Origin: an uncultured delta proteobacterium | Lineage (GTDB): Bacteria; Desulfobacterota; Binatia; Binatales; Binataceae | Reading direction: 5' to 3' | DNA: 64,000 bases | Assembly: GCA_963711565.1 (NCBI GenBank) | Contig: CAVQEQ010000004.1 | Coordinates: 32,001 to 96,000, forward strand | Shown: positions 60,153-64,000 of the stretch, piece by piece | How the letters are laid out: every line of letters starts with the position of its first letter | How positions within the stretch are numbered: the first letter of the stretch is position 1 | Notes under the pieces: model-generated | What the model was told of the DNA's origin: nothing | The model's database searches: none | Seen by the model: the letters and a program-made list of their open reading frames with translations, nothing else | Translations under genes and position numbers: made by a program

Positions 60153-61460
60153 CTAAAGCACCTTCAGAGCGTCGGGGAGGTCTGTGCGCGCCGCCTTAAA
60201 CGCTGGATAAAATGAAATGATTGTAGCCATCGCGAATACGATGCTGACGGACCAGACTATTCGATCCATGCTCAGCCGCGAGTATAGAATAGGGTCGAAG
60301 ACCAGAGCGGGTGGAAGACCGGCCTTGAATACCAAGCGCAGATCTAATCCTGCCGTCGCGAAATAATGCTGGACGCTCAAGCCCAGGACCAATCCCAGTG
60401 CCAGGCTAATAGCTGTCAGCGCCAACGACTCGCCGACTACCATTATTGCAAGCTGCCGAGGCTGCAGACCGAGAGCTTTGCTGACGCCAAATTCATACCG
60501 GCGTTCGAGCACTCGCATAAGAATCGTGTTGAGTATTCCCAACCCCACCATCGCCAGAATCACGCCGTTCATGATGTAGTTGAAGGCGTGGTCCAGCCCC
60601 AGAATTTGAGCAAGCATCGGTAGCGATTCCCGCCACGTCAGAACTTCGACAGGAGATCCTGCCAACTGCTTTCGCAGAGCTCTCGCTACCAGAGGCGAGT
60701 CACCCTCCTTTACCAACAGGAGTGCTGCCTGAGTTACCTGGTCGTCGGATACCCCGAGTAGAGCCTGAGCCGCGGACAACGGAACGAAGATCATATTGGC
60801 GTCTATTGCCTGGAGTCCTGTGCGAAAGATACCGCTCACCCTCAACAGAGTGCTTTGCATCTCGTCGCCAGTGTCAGAACCGATTTTGGCGCCTGGCGAT
60901 CGCAGCTCCTGAGTCATCAAAACTGCCTTGGAACCTATCTTCAGCTCGAGTTTGCGAGCTAACTCGTCGCCGATGACGACTCCGATCACGGCGCCAGTGA
61001 GCTTTTCATTGCTGGTGAGCCAGGTTCCTTCAATCATCCGCTGTGGGATGAGCGATACCGCCAAATCATCTTTCGGTATGACCCCCACTAGTCTGACGCC
61101 GGCAGAACTAGCGGATGAACTCATAAGGCCGGTGGCCAGGAGTCTGGGACTAACTCCGCGCACAACCTTTTTGATGTTCCCGGTTGCCAAAAATCCTTCG
61201 AGATTGGAGACGACTTGAGCCGGGAGCAGAAGTTCGTCGGAGCTGGAGTCTTGATAACCCTTCGCTTGCACGACCACATGCCCGGGTCCGAAGCGGACTC
61301 CATCGGCGATCGTTTGTTCGTGGCCACCGTCAAGCAGGCCCAGCGAGATCAGCAGCAGCGCCAACCCCAGACCGAGAGCCAGCGCGGTTAGCAGCGTACC
61401 TCGGGGATTGCGCCAAAGGTTGCGCCAACTGAGCTTCGCGAGGAGGTATAGGCTTGTCAC
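60153..61460 (-). CDS. FtsX/LolE-like ABC permease
   Basis: WRNLWRN, ILNTILMRVLERRYEFG; start moved to GTG 61460. Confidence 0.9.
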   Translation of the reverse strand: MTSLYLLAKLSWRNLWRNPRGTLLTALALGLGLALLLISLGLLDGGHEQTIADGVRFGPGHVVVQAKGYQDSSSDELLLPAQVVSNLEGFLATGNIKKVVRGVSPRLLATGLMSSSASSAGVRLVGVIPKDDLAVSLIPQRMIEGTWLTSNEKLTGAVIGVVIGDELARKLELKIGSKAVLMTQELRSPGAKIGSDTGDEMQSTLLRVSGIFRTGLQAIDANMIFVPLSAAQALLGVSDDQVTQAALLLVKEGDSPLVARALRKQLAGSPVEVLTWRESLPMLAQILGLDHAFNYIMNGVILAMVGLGILNTILMRVLERRYEFGVSKALGLQPRQLAIMVVGESLALTAISLALGLVLGLSVQHYFATAGLDLRLVFKAGLPPALVFDPILYSRLSMDRIVWSVSIVFAMATIISFYPAFKAARTDLPDALKVL

Positions 61461-61462
61461 GG

Positions 61463-62722
61463 TCAAACCTTGCGCATCGCTTCCGTCGGTCGGAGCCGAG
61501 CAGCTCGCCATGCGGGATAGAGTGCAGACACCAGCGCCGTTGCGGCGAGCCCGACGGCTGCCTGGCTGTACGCGGGAAAATCCTGCCGGCCGTACCATAG
61601 ATGGCCCACTACCACTCCAGCCACGGATACCACCTCGCCGGTAGCGCCACCCAAGTCCAGACCGTGTACCTGCAAATACCAGAGCAGTGGAACTCCAAGC
61701 GCTGCTCCCACGACCAGACTCGCGACGCCCAAGCCTGCAGCTTCCGTCAGGATCAGCCCAATCACCTGCGCCGGGCGCATACCTACGGCCATGAGCATGC
61801 CAAATTCGCGAGTGCGCTCGAATACCGCCATCAGCATCGTGTTCATGACACCGATAACCGCCACCAGGAAGAAAATAAAAAAGAGAACTACGGTGACGCC
61901 GTGATTGAACTGAACGTAGTTGGCCAATTCCGGCGCGAGCTCCGGCCATGCCATCACTCGCACGGGGAGAGTTTTGCTTAATCTGACCTGCAGTGAGGCA
62001 GCCACATCGTTAGCTGCGTCTATGTGATTCAGCTTGATCCCAACTTCGTGGATTCGTGCAGGCGCAAGATGCAGAAGGTCTTGAAGTGAAGACAGCGTCA
62101 TGAGAACCAGACCCCGGTCCACGGTATCAAGACCGGTGTGAAGAACTCCTATGACAGTGTAAACGTCGTTGCCCATCGAACCGTCGGCCGCCTGCGTCAG
62201 CAGAACGATTTCCGAGTTCAAGCCGATACCAATCGTGCTGGCGAGCTTGTCTCCTATCACCACCCCCTTTGGCAGTTGTGTCGTAAGGTAAGTACCTTTG
62301 GCTATCTGGGTGTTAAGAGTGGTGATCCTGGGTTCCTGAGCAGGGACGACTCCCATCAGCTCGACACCAGCCGAACGATGGGCCGCACTTAGCAAGGCAT
62401 ATCCGTACACCCTGGGAGCCACCGCAGTAACACGACGATCAGCGGAAATGGAAGCGAGTAGCGCGCTGACGTCCGTTCCTTTCCTCCCGCCCAGGGTCTT
62501 CTGAAGCGAGCGATTCGGGTAGTAACCGGGAGCATGTATCTGGATCTGGGACATGACAAGACAGGTCCCGTTCTGGATCATCTGCCATCGCAGGCCCGCC
62601 ATAAGGCAGGCGACGAACAGCAGCATCGCATAGCCGAAAGCGATCGCGGCCATCGTAATGAAAGTACGCCGGCGATTACGCCAGAGATTGCGCCATGCGA
62701 GCTGTAGCAGTCGTATGCTCAT
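61463..62722 (-). CDS. FtsX/LolE-like ABC permease
   Basis: WRNLWRNRRRT, NTMLMAVFERTREFG, YPAWRAA. Confidence 0.92.
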   Translation of the reverse strand: MSIRLLQLAWRNLWRNRRRTFITMAAIAFGYAMLLFVACLMAGLRWQMIQNGTCLVMSQIQIHAPGYYPNRSLQKTLGGRKGTDVSALLASISADRRVTAVAPRVYGYALLSAAHRSAGVELMGVVPAQEPRITTLNTQIAKGTYLTTQLPKGVVIGDKLASTIGIGLNSEIVLLTQAADGSMGNDVYTVIGVLHTGLDTVDRGLVLMTLSSLQDLLHLAPARIHEVGIKLNHIDAANDVAASLQVRLSKTLPVRVMAWPELAPELANYVQFNHGVTVVLFFIFFLVAVIGVMNTMLMAVFERTREFGMLMAVGMRPAQVIGLILTEAAGLGVASLVVGAALGVPLLWYLQVHGLDLGGATGEVVSVAGVVVGHLWYGRQDFPAYSQAAVGLAATALVSALYPAWRAARLRPTEAMRKV

Positions 62723-63489
62723 CGGCTGTCATTCGGCAGCGAGAATGTTCCTTTGCTTATCGGCACGTCGAACGCGATATCTTCGTAGTCAATCGACGTT
62801 TGCGCGCCTCCCTTATCTTCCGATTTCATTACCAGGTGCGTAGGAATGAGCCTGCCGCTTTCTTTCTTGTATTCAGAAAAGGTAAGCTCCCGAGCCAGCT
62901 TGCCGTCATCGCCGTAGTAGCCTTGCCATGTCGGAACCCCGTCGGCCTGGCGGAACTGCAGAACGATCTTCCCCCACACCACCGCTGCGTCCGACTTGGG
63001 TGTCAGCGTATATTCATACACTGCAACGCCACCGCGCTTACCTTCGTAAGAGGTGCCGATAGAGTAATCCCGGGTGAGGAAAGGCTCTTTCACCAGATCG
63101 TCGATGGTGAAGTCACTGCCCATCCACGAGGTCATCGCCATCGATGCGGGAATGTGGACCGTTCGATTCGATTTGGGCAGGTAGTACTTGATGTCGCTGC
63201 CTTGTTTCAGGATTGCGGTACCGGCTTCGTCTTGCGGCTGGGTGATGCGGACCAGAACCTTGTCTCCCAGCGACCAGATCTTCATTGACAGATCGCGCTG
63301 CCCATCTTCATTGGAGATCTGCATCTTCACGGTCGCGATGCTGGACGTGCTGCTGAAAAGGCTGGCTATTCGATCCACGGCTTGTTGCGACTTTTGATCT
63401 TGCGCGGCACCGGATTTCTGCGCGGCGCTCACTAACACCAGAGTCATAACTACGGCTATACTTACATTTCGGGCATACTTGCTCTTCAT
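62719..63489 (-). CDS. LolA-like outer-membrane lipoprotein-sorting protein
   Basis: Signal peptide; YLPK, WMGSDFTIDDL motif. Confidence 0.85.
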   Translation of the reverse strand: MKSKYARNVSIAVVMTLVLVSAAQKSGAAQDQKSQQAVDRIASLFSSTSSIATVKMQISNEDGQRDLSMKIWSLGDKVLVRITQPQDEAGTAILKQGSDIKYYLPKSNRTVHIPASMAMTSWMGSDFTIDDLVKEPFLTRDYSIGTSYEGKRGGVAVYEYTLTPKSDAAVVWGKIVLQFRQADGVPTWQGYYGDDGKLARELTFSEYKKESGRLIPTHLVMKSEDKGGAQTSIDYEDIAFDVPISKGTFSLPNDSR

Positions 63490-63494
63490 AGCTG

Positions 63495-64000
63495 CTATCC
63501 AACCCCGTACGCAGTTGCTAAATCGCTTTCGACCTTCGCCGCTTCATCCTCAAGCGGCGTTCTCATAGCCAGGCCCATAGGTACCCGAACCAGGAAATTA
63601 AACGCGGTTACGGCCAGCGATAGTGCGAACAGATCGTTTTTGGAGGCAAACCGGGCAAAGGCCAGAGTGAAGACCAACTGAGTAGTTCCGATTCCGCCCG
63701 GCGACAGCGCCGAATTTCCGACCGCCACAATGAACGGAGTCATAGCGAGTGTCTGAGCGAGCGATACGCCGATGTGAAAGCTGACGAACTGACCATAAAG
63801 TGCGACGCCCGATCCCAGGACTATTAGGAACCTGATGCCGAGAAGCTTGAAATATTGCGAAGGTTGAGCGGTCCGGAAACTCGCCATCGAGGGCCGGTCG
63901 TAGATCCATCGGAGCCAATTGCCTGTCGAGAGCCGCTTTCCCCATAAGAGAAAGAACGAGGCGATAAAACAGCCTGCGCTCACGACGCCTGCCGCGTAGT
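63495..64000 (-). CDS. Lysylphosphatidylglycerol synthase TM/flippase-like membrane protein (5' partial)
   Basis: Hydrophobic segments with SPGGIGTTQ motif. Confidence 0.6.
   Translation of the reverse strand, partial: YAAGVVSAGCFIASFFLLWGKRLSTGNWLRWIYDRPSMASFRTAQPSQYFKLLGIRFLIVLGSGVALYGQFVSFHIGVSLAQTLAMTPFIVAVGNSALSPGGIGTTQLVFTLAFARFASKNDLFALSLAVTAFNFLVRVPMGLAMRTPLEDEAAKVESDLATAYGVG

Overview
Bacterial window with three parts. (1) Positions 1-27.3 kb are the right part of an integrative element ending in a tyrosine integrase next to the 5' end of tRNA-Ser(GCT); its left end is outside the window. It is a defence island carrying a DUF499/DUF1156 methylase system (methylase frameshifted), an XRE+ImmA/IrrE-regulated ubiquitin-like operon (Ubl, E2-fold, JAB-E1, DUF6527), a five-gene Argonaute operon, an ssb/ardC leading-region cassette, a beta-family/sce7726 pair and an excision module with a candidate sigma-54 promoter. 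The Argonaute operon is XRE, Cas4-like nuclease, long pAgo with Asn at the first catalytic Asp position, a small helical protein and an HExxH metallopeptidase. (2) Positions 27.4-39.8 kb hold a second, decayed integrase/excisionase and partly pseudogenised oxidative catabolism genes. (3) Positions 39.8-64 kb hold a FAAL-PKS-NRPS lipopeptide cluster with MbtH, TEII, PPTase, an AurF-like oxygenase and a Lol-like ABC export system. The best candidate for an undescribed system is the pAgo-Cas4-metallopeptidase operon; the second is sigma-54 control of xis/int on both sides of the tRNA. All family calls come from reading motifs by eye; no database searches were run.
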